DNA of 62,960 nucleotides from a virus (lineage: Duplodnaviria > Caudoviricetes), in IMG/VR virus record IMGVR_UViG_3300036861_000645, positions 1-62,960 of that record; one strand, written 5' to 3'. Under the pieces are notes generated by a model. That model searched no databases and had not been told where the DNA came from. It saw only the letters and a program-made list of their open reading frames with translations. Position numbers and translations under genes: made by a program. Each line of letters begins with the position of its first letter. The first letter of the stretch is position 1. Of this stretch, positions 34,901 to 44,654 are shown piece by piece.

Positions 34901-36994
34901 GGCAACGCGTTTCACTCGCTTCTGGATGGCTGGAATAAGGCGCAGAACCTTGATGAATTCCTGAAGGCCAATACGGGCCGGACGCTGTTTCAGCTCAAGG
35001 ATATGGCCAAGCTCGGCGCGCAGCTGGAGACGCCGCAGCAGATCTCGAAATTCATCAAGGATTCCCGCAAGCGCAATTTTTGGGGCATGGTCCTGGAATA
35101 TTGGATCAATGGCCTGATCTCGGGGCCGGCCGGCCAGATGACCTATAACATCGGCACCACGGGGCTCTCGGCCTACAAGGCAACGGCCGAGACGGGGCTC
35201 GCCGCGGTCATCGGCCGGCTGCGTGAGGTCAGTGGGCGTCAAGGCGAACGCGTCTATGGCGCGGAGGTCAGTGCCCAGCTCCACGCCGCGATCGACAATC
35301 TGCCCGGCGCAGTGAAGGCATCAGCCGAAGCTTTGCGGGCCGGGCGCTCCGTGGCGCTGCCGGGCGAGGATCTCTATATCAGCGCGTTCGAAGGCGATAA
35401 GGCCTATGCCGCGTCACCGCAGATGACCGATGCGCTGGTGACCGCGGCCGAGGCCAAGGATGCCGTCTTCAGCCTGTTCCAGGGGCTTCATGACGGCTTT
35501 GTCTCCGGCGCCGCGCTGCTGAAGGCGGGCGGCCTCGAAGGCGCGCCGCTGATCGGCACACGCTATTCCCCCTTGGGAGAAATCCCCGGCATTACCGTCA
35601 AGGGCGTCGAGGTGCTGCCGCTCGGCACGGCGGCGCGTCTGCCGAGCCGGGTGAATGCCGCGATGGACTCCTTCTTCCGCATGACCAACTATTCCATGGA
35701 GAAGGCGGCGCTCGCCACGCGCGCGGCCTCGGTCGAGGGGCTGACCGGTGCGGCGCGGGAGGCCCGCATTGCCGAGCTCATCGCCCATCCGACAGAGGCC
35801 ATCATGGGGCAGGCTGCGCACAACGCCTCAGAGCTGTCCATGCTCGGCAAGGGTGGAAAGCTGACCAGCGCCCTGATGCATCTCATCAATACCGAGATTT
35901 TCGGGGTGAAGATGCTCAAATTCGTGAGCCCATTCGTCCGCGTCGCCTCGAATGTGATTGACCAGTCTTTGGTGCAGCGTTCGCCGCTCGGTCTTCTTTC
36001 GCCCACGATCCGTGCCGATCTCATGGGCAAGAACGGCAATGTGGCCCAGGATTTCGCATCGGCCCGCATGCTGGCGGGGTCAGCCCTCAGCCTTCTCTTC
36101 GGCAGCATGGCCGCGAGTGGGGCGATGACGGGATCCGGGCCGGCTGATCCCAGAAAAGCGGCGGTCTGGCGCATGGCGGGCTATCAGCCCTACAGCGTGA
36201 GGATCGGCGACACTTGGTACTCCATGAAAAAGCTGGATCCGTTCGGCACCTTGGCCGGGGTCGCGGCGGATCTCTATGATGTCTCGCACGCCATCGGGAC
36301 GGAGGATGCCGACAAGATCGGCGCCATGCTGGTGCATTCCTTCGCCCAGAACATCCTCGATGCCAGCTTCATGCGCGGCCCGTCCGATCTGATCAAGGCC
36401 ATCAATCAATCCGAGCAATATGGCGACAGCTACGTCCGCAATTTCCTGTCCTCCTTTACGCCCTATTCGGTCGGAATCTCGCAGGTGGCGCGCGCCATCG
36501 ATCCCTATTCTAGGCAAGCGCGGACCATCATGGATGCGTTCAAGGCCAAGATACCGGGCCTTTCCGAGGAGTTGCTGCCGCGCCGCGATCTCTGGGGGGA
36601 GCCTCTGCCCAACAGCGAAGCGCTGATCGCCAAGGGCCTGACCGCGATCTATGAAAGCCGCATCTCGAGCGACCCCGTCAACATCGCGCTCGCTGAACTT
36701 GGCATAGGCATTGCACAGCCCGAGCGCCGGATCCGGAACGTCAAGCTGACGGATCAGCAATTCGACGATTACAGCCGGATCGCCGGGCGCATGACCAAGT
36801 CGCGGCTTGACGTGATTATCGGCTCGCCGGATTTCGCGCGGTGGCCGCCCGGGATCCGGCAGGACGTGGTCAACCAGGTGGTCCGCCAATGCCGTGAGGC
36901 GGCCCGCGGCATGACGATGCTTAAATACCCGCAAATCATGCGGGATGCCACAAGGGCAAAGCTCGATAAATTCCAGGGCGCCGCCGCGGAATAA
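31973..36994 (+). CDS. Large ejection / DNA-transfer protein (gp16-like)
   Basis: 1673 aa; ANPFD N-terminal repeats, HEQGH...HEKFARGFEQY domain, PFVR, RDLWGEP. Confidence 0.85.
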   Translation: MADPAEANPFDALYKQGSEPEAPAEPQEPANPFDAIAAEGGGQIVSRSSFGGALLRSTTRGALPAYGGWAAAGAGLEAGAAAGLLTGPAAPIAEPVLSIAGAVVGGIYGSRVVESVQNWALKQLPDSWTEALGQSDRQQKLDQETQGTASFLGGMLPYTLAMRPGAATPLASLPENPTALHRLMANPVTARLFGGVVQGGMELGNEVVSGQSPDWAHVAIATGFGLVFNKPTKFGEAITEMGARPARGILGRPDPTLAQVADAKVAGAGMTESVFRGTEEPDPAAMASAHDTAATEAAMLGTETPAEPDLHAVARQMHPETFAAYDALSQQRDTYREWLSDLGGQRDEAFPAREDVKAVSDQIDTILDKVGGVEDKLTKKASARLEDLRSQFDELHATAKTDTPEMQAVRKRLMETDEQMRDLSPEVSAAYRRAEERTRVVEEPAEPAAAPETTAAETPPESLTEGTEIGPTGRPITAQRQAIVQDVSQKLIKAGRPEEEASAAAQIIAARYETRAARFEGAKGTAEELYSAEAPDIRAGRQTAKERELELAQGVTREKGKSRGKIKLSEGRAVITLMKDADASTVIHEQGHAWLEELMRDAADERAPPDLVQDSKTVLDWLKATSAEGITTRQHEKFARGFEQYMREGVAPSKDLAGVFAQFRDWLTKIYETIKRLGAPISEDIRGVFDRMLAVTPERTVLAPERETLTHEIAKIHELDAAEVEPRDAEAAMARVAAEQREYLTSLPKEVQNEIASRLPAEPSEPGGEAGGGEGETGGVRPDEPGSGAQPRRGGGGANAAALGKGGGEAGREGAGASKGPDLAPGFTRGPNSPFPAGESALIDRAGNIRIENLTDQTEIGDAIRDSAARNNDFQGARGGMTKGQMMDLADAMGVSVDTLNERKLAQVFGGTENLGARILAARKLLIESAGTVSNAMKAAAESGSDADAAQLAVAITRHDMIQSHVAGVTAEWGRAGNAFHSLLDGWNKAQNLDEFLKANTGRTLFQLKDMAKLGAQLETPQQISKFIKDSRKRNFWGMVLEYWINGLISGPAGQMTYNIGTTGLSAYKATAETGLAAVIGRLREVSGRQGERVYGAEVSAQLHAAIDNLPGAVKASAEALRAGRSVALPGEDLYISAFEGDKAYAASPQMTDALVTAAEAKDAVFSLFQGLHDGFVSGAALLKAGGLEGAPLIGTRYSPLGEIPGITVKGVEVLPLGTAARLPSRVNAAMDSFFRMTNYSMEKAALATRAASVEGLTGAAREARIAELIAHPTEAIMGQAAHNASELSMLGKGGKLTSALMHLINTEIFGVKMLKFVSPFVRVASNVIDQSLVQRSPLGLLSPTIRADLMGKNGNVAQDFASARMLAGSALSLLFGSMAASGAMTGSGPADPRKAAVWRMAGYQPYSVRIGDTWYSMKKLDPFGTLAGVAADLYDVSHAIGTEDADKIGAMLVHSFAQNILDASFMRGPSDLIKAINQSEQYGDSYVRNFLSSFTPYSVGISQVARAIDPYSRQARTIMDAFKAKIPGLSEELLPRRDLWGEPLPNSEALIAKGLTAIYESRISSDPVNIALAELGIGIAQPERRIRNVKLTDQQFDDYSRIAGRMTKSRLDVIIGSPDFARWPPGIRQDVVNQVVRQCREAARGMTMLKYPQIMRDATRAKLDKFQGAAAE
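34230..34535 (+). CDS. Overprinted ORF (101 aa) in alternate frame of the large ejection gene
   Basis: AAGGAGG at 34217-34223, ATG at 34230; overlaps the Gly-rich linker of the host gene. Confidence 0.5.
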   Translation: MKSQADSPQSPPSLEERLAGAKEKQAVYAQMSQDPGLSHGGAVAARTLLRSARAEVKLGEKALAHQKAQTSPPASPADPTALSPLESPPSSTAPETSALKI

Positions 36995-37021
36995 AGCCTT
37001 TCACCTCTCCGCGTCCGGTGC

Positions 37022-37195
37022 TATAAGGCCCTCACGGCAGGACCCCAAACGGGCCGCCACCCCTTTTCAGGGCACGGGCGTTTTCTTTGGAGGGTTGCCG
37101 TGATCGGCACCAACGCCCCGCCATCCTCCCCAATCTTGTCGCGTGCGTCCTCTCGGCCGGTGAGAGCGTATCTCCACCGGCCGACCCCCGCACGC
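37022..37195 (+). ncRNA. Candidate promoter plus two-hairpin structured RNA
   Basis: TGcTATAAG extended -10; TCACGGCA/TGCCGTGA; GCGTGCG/CGCACGC enclosing TCGGCCGGTG/CACCGGCCGA. Confidence 0.4.
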
Positions 37196-37216
37196 CTCTG
37201 CCTATAGGGGAGCCTG

Positions 37217-37558
37217 ATGGCCGTTTTCACACTCTCTGCTGCGGGCTCGACGCCCATTGTGCCGATCAGCGCCTTCCCGCCGGCCTATTCGAGCCGGTCC
37301 GAGACAGGGGGCGGGCTGCTCCCCGGCATCATCGTCACGCTCTCGGCCGGGGCAGTGCTCACCTATTCCGTCGAGGTCACGGGCGATCAGATCGACGCTG
37401 TGGGCCATAACCCCGCCACCGGGCATTGGAACGGCTTCGATACCATGACGGATCAGACCGTCTCGGCGAATGGCACGCTGGGCGGACGTTGCTCCGGCAT
37501 CCGCTGCACCATCACGAGCTACACCAGCGGCAGCCTGACGTTCCAGGTCGTCCAGTAG
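37217..37558 (+). CDS. Small beta-rich structural protein
   Basis: GGGAG RBS; YSVEVTGD...W...IRCTITS..SGS.TFQVVQ. Confidence 0.65.
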   Translation: MAVFTLSAAGSTPIVPISAFPPAYSSRSETGGGLLPGIIVTLSAGAVLTYSVEVTGDQIDAVGHNPATGHWNGFDTMTDQTVSANGTLGGRCSGIRCTITSYTSGSLTFQVVQ

Positions 37559-37570
37559 GAGGGCCTCATA

Positions 37571-37822
37571 ATGAGCGTCATTGCTCCTGTTCTTGATCCG
37601 ACCTGGCCTGCGCGATCGATCATAAAAATCACGCCGAGCGATACCGTGCCTTTTCCGACATGCCGCGCTCTTTGGGTTGGAACGGCGGGCGCGGCGACGC
37701 TGATCGATTCGGCGGGGAACACATGCGCGGCATTTCCGCTGCTCCAAGGTTTGAACCAGATCGCCGTGTCACGCATCAATGCAACGGGCTTGCTCGCCAA
37801 TGACATCTGGGCCCTTTATTAA
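37571..37822 (+). CDS. Head-spike base protein (RcGTA Rcc01079-like)
   Basis: ITPSD...RALWVGTAG...I.ATG..A.DI.ALY. Confidence 0.75.
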   Translation: MSVIAPVLDPTWPARSIIKITPSDTVPFPTCRALWVGTAGAATLIDSAGNTCAAFPLLQGLNQIAVSRINATGLLANDIWALY

Positions 37823-37837
37823 CCTCGCGGAGTCAGT

Positions 37838-38245
37838 ATGGCCCTATCCACCTATGCCGGAAACAAACTGCTTGATCATCTGCACGGGCGCACCTCCTAT
37901 ACGATGCCGACGTGCTTTTTTGCGCTGTACACGGCCGATCCCGGCATCGGGGGCACCGCCGTTACGAATGAGGCGGCCTATTCCGGCTATGCGCGTGTCG
38001 CAGCGCTCAGCGGCGGTTCCTCGCTGTTCGGCGCGGCGGCCGGCAAAACCTCGCAGAACAACACGGCCGTTGTCTTTCCGGCATTGGTCAGCGGAACGGT
38101 AACCGCCACGCATATCGGTCTCGTGGATTCCTCATCCGGCGCAGGCAATCTCTTGGAGTTCGGCCCGCTCGCGGCGGCGTCGACCTATGTCACGGGACAA
38201 TCGCCCACTGCGGCCATCGGCGCGCTCAACGACACGGTGGTCTGA
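37838..38245 (+). CDS. Fibre-associated structural protein
   Basis: STYAGNKLLDH, ALYTADPG, YSGYARV, THIGLVD, GNLL. Confidence 0.7.
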   Translation: MALSTYAGNKLLDHLHGRTSYTMPTCFFALYTADPGIGGTAVTNEAAYSGYARVAALSGGSSLFGAAAGKTSQNNTAVVFPALVSGTVTATHIGLVDSSSGAGNLLEFGPLAAASTYVTGQSPTAAIGALNDTVV

Positions 38246-38247
38246 CC

Positions 38248-39984
38248 ATGGCTGACATGTATGTCGGCTCCGTCGAGTACACCGCCGTCGCGCAATGGGC
38301 GGCGTTGCATGTCTATGCGGCGGGCGCCATCGTGCGCCAGCTCGCGGCGCCAGCTGTCGGAAGCGAGCGCTGTTTCCGCACCGCGGCGGGTGGAACATCC
38401 GGTGCGGCTGAGCCGGCTTGGGTGCTTACGGCGGGGGCTGCAAGCCCCACGGATGGCACCGTCACGGATTGGACCGAGGTTACGGGAAAAGAAGCCTATC
38501 AGGCTTCTGCGGCCTGGGGCGCGCCGCATGCCCGGCTTGCGAACGCACTTGCCTCGGGCTGGGCTGCGGCAGGCGATAAGATTTACCTTTCGAACGTTCA
38601 TGCCGAGACGCAGGCCTCTCTTCTCACGCTGACCTTCCCCGGGACAGCTGCGGCGCCGAACAAGGTGCTTTGCGTCGATCCGAATGGGGCTGTGCCCCCA
38701 GGCGAAGGCGACCTGCAAACGACGGCCTCAATCGCGACGACGGGCGCCTTTGGGCAGACCTTCTCGGGTGCCGCGTACATCTACGGCGTTATGTTCAATG
38801 TCGGGACGAGTGGCGGCGGTCAGTTCTTCTCGGTCATCACGCTCTTTACAGAAATCGTCTTCGTCAATTGTGCGATCAAGCTCAATGGCACGACGTCCAG
38901 CAACAGGATTCAATTCGGTTCGAGCGGGGCCGTCGGTCAGCGGTTTCGACTCCTCAATACGCAAGTCTCTTTCGGCTCGGTCCTCCAGTCTCTCGCCCTC
39001 TACAATTGCCGCTTCGTTTGGGAAAATACGCCCAATGCCGTTCTGGGTTCACTTCCGACGAATCTGTTTCAGCAGAGCTCGACCCCGAACAGCTATACGG
39101 TCGAGGCGCGGATCAGGGGCGTCGATCTGAGCGCCCTCACCACGGGAAAGAGCCTCGTGCTGGGGACGATTCCGACGCCGCAGACCTTCAATTTCTCGAA
39201 CTGCCGGCTCGGCGCAGGCGTGGCTGCGTTCTCCGGCACGATCCCTAGTGGCAGCGGCGTCGTTGTCGATCTCCAGAACTGCGACGATTCCGCGAGCGGG
39301 AAGAACTATCGCACGGAACGTTACAGCTACGGCGGGAGTCAAGTTCTAGACGCGGCGGTCCGGCGAACAGGCGGCGCGACAAACGGTGCGACAGCCTATT
39401 CGTTCAAGATTGTCTGTGCATCCGCCGCGCTCTGGCAAGCCCCGTTCGAGGCGCTCCCCATTGCGGTCTGGGAGCCGACGCTTGGGAGTGCTGTCACGCT
39501 CGGCTTTGCCCTGCTGTCCGACGGTGCGGCGGCACTCTTGAACGACGAGATCTGGTTCGATCTCGAATATCTCGGCGCGGCCGGCTATCCCCTGTCCTCT
39601 TTGGCAAGCAGCACAAAGACGAATATTCTGTCTGCCGGCGCAGTCTATGCTGCGGATAGCGTGTCGGCATGGGATGCCGGCGTAACGGCGCGGGCGAACA
39701 CGACAGCCTACAGCGTTGGCGATCGCATCAAGCTCGCATCCAATCCGGGGCGGGTCTTCTTCTGCACGACGGCGGGAACGACGGCAGGAACAGAGCCGGC
39801 CGGCTACGCAACGGCGGTGGATGGCGGGAGTGTCACAGATGGCAGCGCTGTCTTCCGTGCCGGGTGGCGGCAGTTCATGTCTGTCACCGTCACGCCCCAG
39901 ATGGCCGGCTATATGCGTGCGGCGATCAAAGCGGCGAAGGCCTCTGTCAATATCTGGGTCGATCCCAGGTTGCAGGGGGTCTAA
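38248..39984 (+). CDS. Fibre / structural protein
   Basis: Two CBM-like AGT(S/T)...EP...TDG(T/S) motifs, beta-rich. Confidence 0.65.
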   Translation: MADMYVGSVEYTAVAQWAALHVYAAGAIVRQLAAPAVGSERCFRTAAGGTSGAAEPAWVLTAGAASPTDGTVTDWTEVTGKEAYQASAAWGAPHARLANALASGWAAAGDKIYLSNVHAETQASLLTLTFPGTAAAPNKVLCVDPNGAVPPGEGDLQTTASIATTGAFGQTFSGAAYIYGVMFNVGTSGGGQFFSVITLFTEIVFVNCAIKLNGTTSSNRIQFGSSGAVGQRFRLLNTQVSFGSVLQSLALYNCRFVWENTPNAVLGSLPTNLFQQSSTPNSYTVEARIRGVDLSALTTGKSLVLGTIPTPQTFNFSNCRLGAGVAAFSGTIPSGSGVVVDLQNCDDSASGKNYRTERYSYGGSQVLDAAVRRTGGATNGATAYSFKIVCASAALWQAPFEALPIAVWEPTLGSAVTLGFALLSDGAAALLNDEIWFDLEYLGAAGYPLSSLASSTKTNILSAGAVYAADSVSAWDAGVTARANTTAYSVGDRIKLASNPGRVFFCTTAGTTAGTEPAGYATAVDGGSVTDGSAVFRAGWRQFMSVTVTPQMAGYMRAAIKAAKASVNIWVDPRLQGV

Positions 39985-39987
39985 CCT

Positions 39988-42663
39988 ATGGTGGGGACCC
40001 GCCAAGCTGTCGTTCCCGGTCTCGGCTTCATCAACGAGACGAACCATGACGATGCGGCCTTGGCGGGCGCGCGCGCCTTCGTCCAGCAGAACGCCCTGCC
40101 CTTCGAACTCGTCTCGACGTGGCAAGAAACGTTTACGCTGATTTCGTCTCTCAAGCCGCCTGTGATGGCGGCGAACTGGACCGAGTCGTTCACGCTTGCG
40201 ACGGTTCCGCAGCGAAGCTGGATCAACTTTACAGGTGCCGGCTATTACACGGTGCCGGCGAGCTCGGCCTGGAACCTGCCCAATGCGGATTGGTGCATCA
40301 GCCATCTCGATATGACGACGGGACATGCGGACGTCTTAGAGCAGGTCATCCTTTCGCTCGGCGCCCGTGGCGGCACGAGCACGATCGTGATCGGCGTTTG
40401 GGGAAATAACGGAGGGAATCCGGTTCCGCAGCAGAGCGTGCAGTATGGTCAGCGCGAGGCGGCGATCAGAGATGGAACGGGAAAGTTTGCGATCCTGCAG
40501 AGCCGCTCGAAGTCAAGGCAGGATGGGCGGATTCGGCGCTGGTTCTATCAGCGGACGGGTTCCGTCATAGAAATGTGGTCGTGCCTTCTGGGCGGCGTTC
40601 CCGTACTCGAAAGCAGCATTCCGATTCCCGCGGGCTTCGCAACGGTGACGCCGTCGGCCTTGCAGGCGCAAATCGGGGCGGATTCGGCCTTCTCGGCCAT
40701 CTCGAAGTTCACAGGGAATATCGGGGATCTCTGGGTCGGCTCGTTCAGCTTGACCCGCGAAGAGATGATGCGCTGTGCCAATGGCGTCGATATCTCCAAT
40801 AGTGGCGCCGGAGGTCTCGGCAAAACCGTGAGCGTGCGCTACGCCATGGAGACGGCGGGCGCGACGATTCCCGACACGGGCGGCGGCGGTCATACGGCAA
40901 CGCTTGTGGGAAGCGCCGCGACGACGACGGATCTCATCTATGTGCCGGTGACACCGTTGCAGGTTGCGGATTTCGGGCCGAACCAGATCTTCAGTTGCCC
41001 GCTCAATGGCTCTGTGACCGTCCCCCTCCGGGGGCGATACACGGGGACGCCCTCTGGCCTCGAGGTTCAGCGGCCGGATGGAAGCTGGACCGCAATCTCT
41101 GGCTTGAGCCTCGGCAGTGGCGGGGCCTTCGCCGGAGGGCTTTTCGAGGGCACGGCGATCTTTCCAGATTCGCTCGGGGTCTGGAATGCACCCGTCTCCG
41201 TCCGCAGTGCGGATGATCACAGCCTCGTGTCGAGCGGCGCGAACCGCTGGGGTCTCGGCATTCTCTTCCATGATATGGGGCAGTCGGAGTCGCTCCGGTT
41301 GGCGGACTCGTCTGGGCCGAAAAGTGGTCTCGACAGGGACAATCGGATCGGGGTCTATGCGCGCGGGGAGTGGACGCCCACGTCTGAGATCCTGTGGGAC
41401 GGCGCGATTACGGCCTGCAACAAGATCGCGCAGGTCAGCGGACGGCTTGCGGGCTTCATCTGCTCCAGCGTGGGGAGCACCTCGATCACGGCCTGGAATA
41501 CGATCGCCTCGACCTATCTGCTCGGCGCCGTGACGGATGCCTATGTGAATGGATGGCCTGGCTATCTCTCTTGGATCGTTCAAGGCGCCAGCGATGTCGG
41601 ACAGGTTTCCGGTCAGCGTGCGGATTATCTCGCGAATCTGGAAGCGCTCTACGCGCTGGTCCAGACGCTCTGGCCTGCCGGGACGCCGTTCGGCGTTGCC
41701 GTCATGAGCAACAAAACACAGTACACGACGAATTGGACGGACGAGCATATTCATACGGTTCGGCAGGCCTACTACGACTTCTACCGGGCGCATCCAGGGC
41801 TGCTCTGGTATGGCGTGGACCAGGATATCAGCCGTCTGGATGCGCTGCATCCGGATGCGCTGGGCGCGCGCGTCATGGGCTATCGCATCGCCTTGGGTGT
41901 CCTCAAAGCCGCCGATCTCATCCCCTATGACAGCTGGGGTCCCACGATCATCAGCTATCAGTATGTCGGATCGACCTGCGAGATTTATGTGCAGCAGAAT
42001 GGTGGCTCTGCCTTGCAGCTCGCGCATGGCGGAAGCTTCACTTTCAATTTCACAACGGGAAGCGTCGCAAGCGGAAGCGATCAGTTGACCGTTGCCGTTG
42101 TCACGAAATTCTATTATGGCATGCCGATCGTCGTTGCGGGCGCAGGTATCGCCGGGGCTGACCTTCCGACCTACGTCAAGAGCATTGCAGGCTCCGTCGT
42201 GACGCTGCAGGATCTCGCCTCGACGACAGTTTCCGGGGCGAACATCGGCGATATCTCGGCAACCAATTTTCGCTTCTTCGATCATGGCACGACGATACAA
42301 TCGACACTCTACGGGATCTCAGCTTCGATCAGTGGCGATAAGATCGTCGTGGGCCTCAACAGAACGCCGACCAATGAAGATCCAATCTTTCAGTACGGTC
42401 TTCATCGCGATGTCTCGAATGGGACACCGATTGACGCCTATTCCACGCAGGATGCCGGCGTTCCGAATGCGCTCTCTCAGTCGATCGGTGGGCATCCGCT
42501 TCAGATGACGCCGGACCCTATCCGGTTTGGCGTGCCGCCGAATTCCGCGCAAGTGGATTGGACAGAGACGTTCACAATGACGGCGATACTCAGTATCCCC
42601 GGGGGGGGCGGTGCATCCGGACGGAATATGGGCCTTGGTATGGGCATCGGGATCTCCTTATGA
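39988..42663 (+). CDS. Fibre with LamG-like and SGNH/SASA-type esterase domains
   Basis: GQSE, VGSTSI..W, WIVQGASD, DALHP. Confidence 0.65.
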   Translation: MVGTRQAVVPGLGFINETNHDDAALAGARAFVQQNALPFELVSTWQETFTLISSLKPPVMAANWTESFTLATVPQRSWINFTGAGYYTVPASSAWNLPNADWCISHLDMTTGHADVLEQVILSLGARGGTSTIVIGVWGNNGGNPVPQQSVQYGQREAAIRDGTGKFAILQSRSKSRQDGRIRRWFYQRTGSVIEMWSCLLGGVPVLESSIPIPAGFATVTPSALQAQIGADSAFSAISKFTGNIGDLWVGSFSLTREEMMRCANGVDISNSGAGGLGKTVSVRYAMETAGATIPDTGGGGHTATLVGSAATTTDLIYVPVTPLQVADFGPNQIFSCPLNGSVTVPLRGRYTGTPSGLEVQRPDGSWTAISGLSLGSGGAFAGGLFEGTAIFPDSLGVWNAPVSVRSADDHSLVSSGANRWGLGILFHDMGQSESLRLADSSGPKSGLDRDNRIGVYARGEWTPTSEILWDGAITACNKIAQVSGRLAGFICSSVGSTSITAWNTIASTYLLGAVTDAYVNGWPGYLSWIVQGASDVGQVSGQRADYLANLEALYALVQTLWPAGTPFGVAVMSNKTQYTTNWTDEHIHTVRQAYYDFYRAHPGLLWYGVDQDISRLDALHPDALGARVMGYRIALGVLKAADLIPYDSWGPTIISYQYVGSTCEIYVQQNGGSALQLAHGGSFTFNFTTGSVASGSDQLTVAVVTKFYYGMPIVVAGAGIAGADLPTYVKSIAGSVVTLQDLASTTVSGANIGDISATNFRFFDHGTTIQSTLYGISASISGDKIVVGLNRTPTNEDPIFQYGLHRDVSNGTPIDAYSTQDAGVPNALSQSIGGHPLQMTPDPIRFGVPPNSAQVDWTETFTMTAILSIPGGGGASGRNMGLGMGIGISL

Positions 42664-44651
42664 GCGAACCTGAAACAGACGCCATCATCGCGGAATATGC
42701 CTCGGCGCCATCGCCGACGTTGGCTGCGGCGATCGATGCTGTCGTGGTGGCGCTCAAAGGCACAGCGGCGACCACAGGAACGCTCTGGGATAGCCTCGAG
42801 GCGCTCTGGGTGCCCGGCTGCGGCAATGACGTGGCAAGCTCTAGACTCGATTGGAAGAACCCTTCAGGCGGTCATAGGCTCAACTACCACGTCGGCGCCG
42901 TGGATGGCGGGCTTACCTTCCTTGCAGGCTATGGCATCAAGGGAACAGGGCTCGGCTTCGGGTCGGACGGCTCTCACGCCGTCACAGGCATCATGCCCGC
43001 GGCGGGCGGCTTCACATTCTCCCAGGATGACATCGGGCTATTCCAGTTCTTCACGCAGGCCTCAGCGGACGCGGCGAATGACAATTACCAGGGGTTCTCG
43101 CACGCGACGGCGGGCCAGATCATCCTGATCTCATGGCGCTCGACCGGGACCGGTTTTGCAACGCGGCTCTGCACGACGACCACGCTACAATTCTCCAATG
43201 CGGATGTGGCATCAAGGACCGGCGCGCGCGGGGTGGAGCGCGTCGGCAACCAAGTCTCCGGCTGGCTCAACGGCCTTTCGGCCGGCGCCTCGATCGCGAA
43301 CGCGTCCCAGGCGCTCGTCAACGGTCCGGCCGGGATTACGCTGCTTGGCGGCCCCGGTGTCATCTCGAACCCAGACACGCTGGGGACTGCGGCGATCTTC
43401 CGTGCAGTCGGGGATTCCGCACAGAAGGCACTATCCGATGCTTTCTACGCCTGCTTCATCTCACTCGGTTCCTGGCCGCCCCCGCCCCCAGCCGCCACGA
43501 CCTACAATGGGGATGCCATCGATCTGACGCTGGATGGCGGCATAGCGGGCTCCGGCAAGGCCTTCCTCAGGAATGTGACGACCTCGGACTTCGATCATCT
43601 GGGCGTGCGTGATTTCAATGGCGGTGGCATTCAGCTCCCGGGCACGGGCACCTATGCCCTCGAAATCAGCGACAGCCAGATTTACAGCCTATTCGGCAAT
43701 GGGACGGGGATGGTGCCGCTCGTGCCGGAGTTCCCGTTTGCGGAGCCTGCCTGGTACGATTCTGGCGACCCGACGAAATGGAACGTGCTTTCCGCGCCGC
43801 ATTCGACGTCCGGCCTTCTCGATGCGACGGCGGCGATTCAAGCGGGTCTCGACAGCGCCGCCGAGGTCGTGGTGCTTCCGCCGGGCCGGTATTATATCAA
43901 CGACACGCTGTTGCTGCGCGGGACAACCAAGAAGTTTCTCTGCATCGGGTCTCAGCTCTTCATCCTCAGCAACACGACAAACAATTGGAACGATCCACTC
44001 AATCCGCGGCCATTGCTCCGTTTTACGTCAACGACGACGGACTGCGTCATTGATAACCTGGATAATGGTGGCTCGACCAATGCCGGGATCGGCGGCACGC
44101 TCGGGTTTATTTGCGTGGAGCATGCCAGCCCGCGCGATCTTGTCATTCGGGATAGCGCGACATTCCAGGTCAATAAATATGTCGGTTATCGCAACACGCC
44201 GGCTGGAACCGGCAAGATCTTCCTGCACAACACCGCGTTCGGCATGATTGAAATTCACAATCAAAGACTCTGGGCGCGCAACCTGAACCTCGAAACGAGC
44301 ATCCTTCCATTGGGGCGTTCGCGGTTCGTCAATGATGGCGGCGAGGCTTGGATCTTCAGTTACAAGACCGAATTCAAGGGCATCCTGTGCAAGGCGACGA
44401 ACGGCAGCAAGACGGCAATCTATGGCGGCTTCTTCTATCCGAATCAGGCCTTCGCGGATGGCGACGATCCGATGTTCGACATCACAAACTCCCAATTCTC
44501 CGCGAGCTGGGTGGAAATGGTGTTTACGGCTAACCGCACATACCAGACGCTGGTGAAGGAGACCGTTGGCGCCGAAACGCGCACGCTGCTTAAAGCACAA
44601 GTTCCAACGCGCGGTTCCGGTTCGGCCGTCATGCTCTATTCGAACGTGTGA
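42660..44651 (+). CDS. Fibre: unique N-domain plus beta-helix C-module paralogous to 44655-46625
   Basis: DATAAIQAGLDS..VVVLPPGRY; ends VMLYSNV. Confidence 0.75.
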   Translation: MSEPETDAIIAEYASAPSPTLAAAIDAVVVALKGTAATTGTLWDSLEALWVPGCGNDVASSRLDWKNPSGGHRLNYHVGAVDGGLTFLAGYGIKGTGLGFGSDGSHAVTGIMPAAGGFTFSQDDIGLFQFFTQASADAANDNYQGFSHATAGQIILISWRSTGTGFATRLCTTTTLQFSNADVASRTGARGVERVGNQVSGWLNGLSAGASIANASQALVNGPAGITLLGGPGVISNPDTLGTAAIFRAVGDSAQKALSDAFYACFISLGSWPPPPPAATTYNGDAIDLTLDGGIAGSGKAFLRNVTTSDFDHLGVRDFNGGGIQLPGTGTYALEISDSQIYSLFGNGTGMVPLVPEFPFAEPAWYDSGDPTKWNVLSAPHSTSGLLDATAAIQAGLDSAAEVVVLPPGRYYINDTLLLRGTTKKFLCIGSQLFILSNTTNNWNDPLNPRPLLRFTSTTTDCVIDNLDNGGSTNAGIGGTLGFICVEHASPRDLVIRDSATFQVNKYVGYRNTPAGTGKIFLHNTAFGMIEIHNQRLWARNLNLETSILPLGRSRFVNDGGEAWIFSYKTEFKGILCKATNGSKTAIYGGFFYPNQAFADGDDPMFDITNSQFSASWVEMVFTANRTYQTLVKETVGAETRTLLKAQVPTRGSGSAVMLYSNV

Positions 44652-44654
44652 GCC

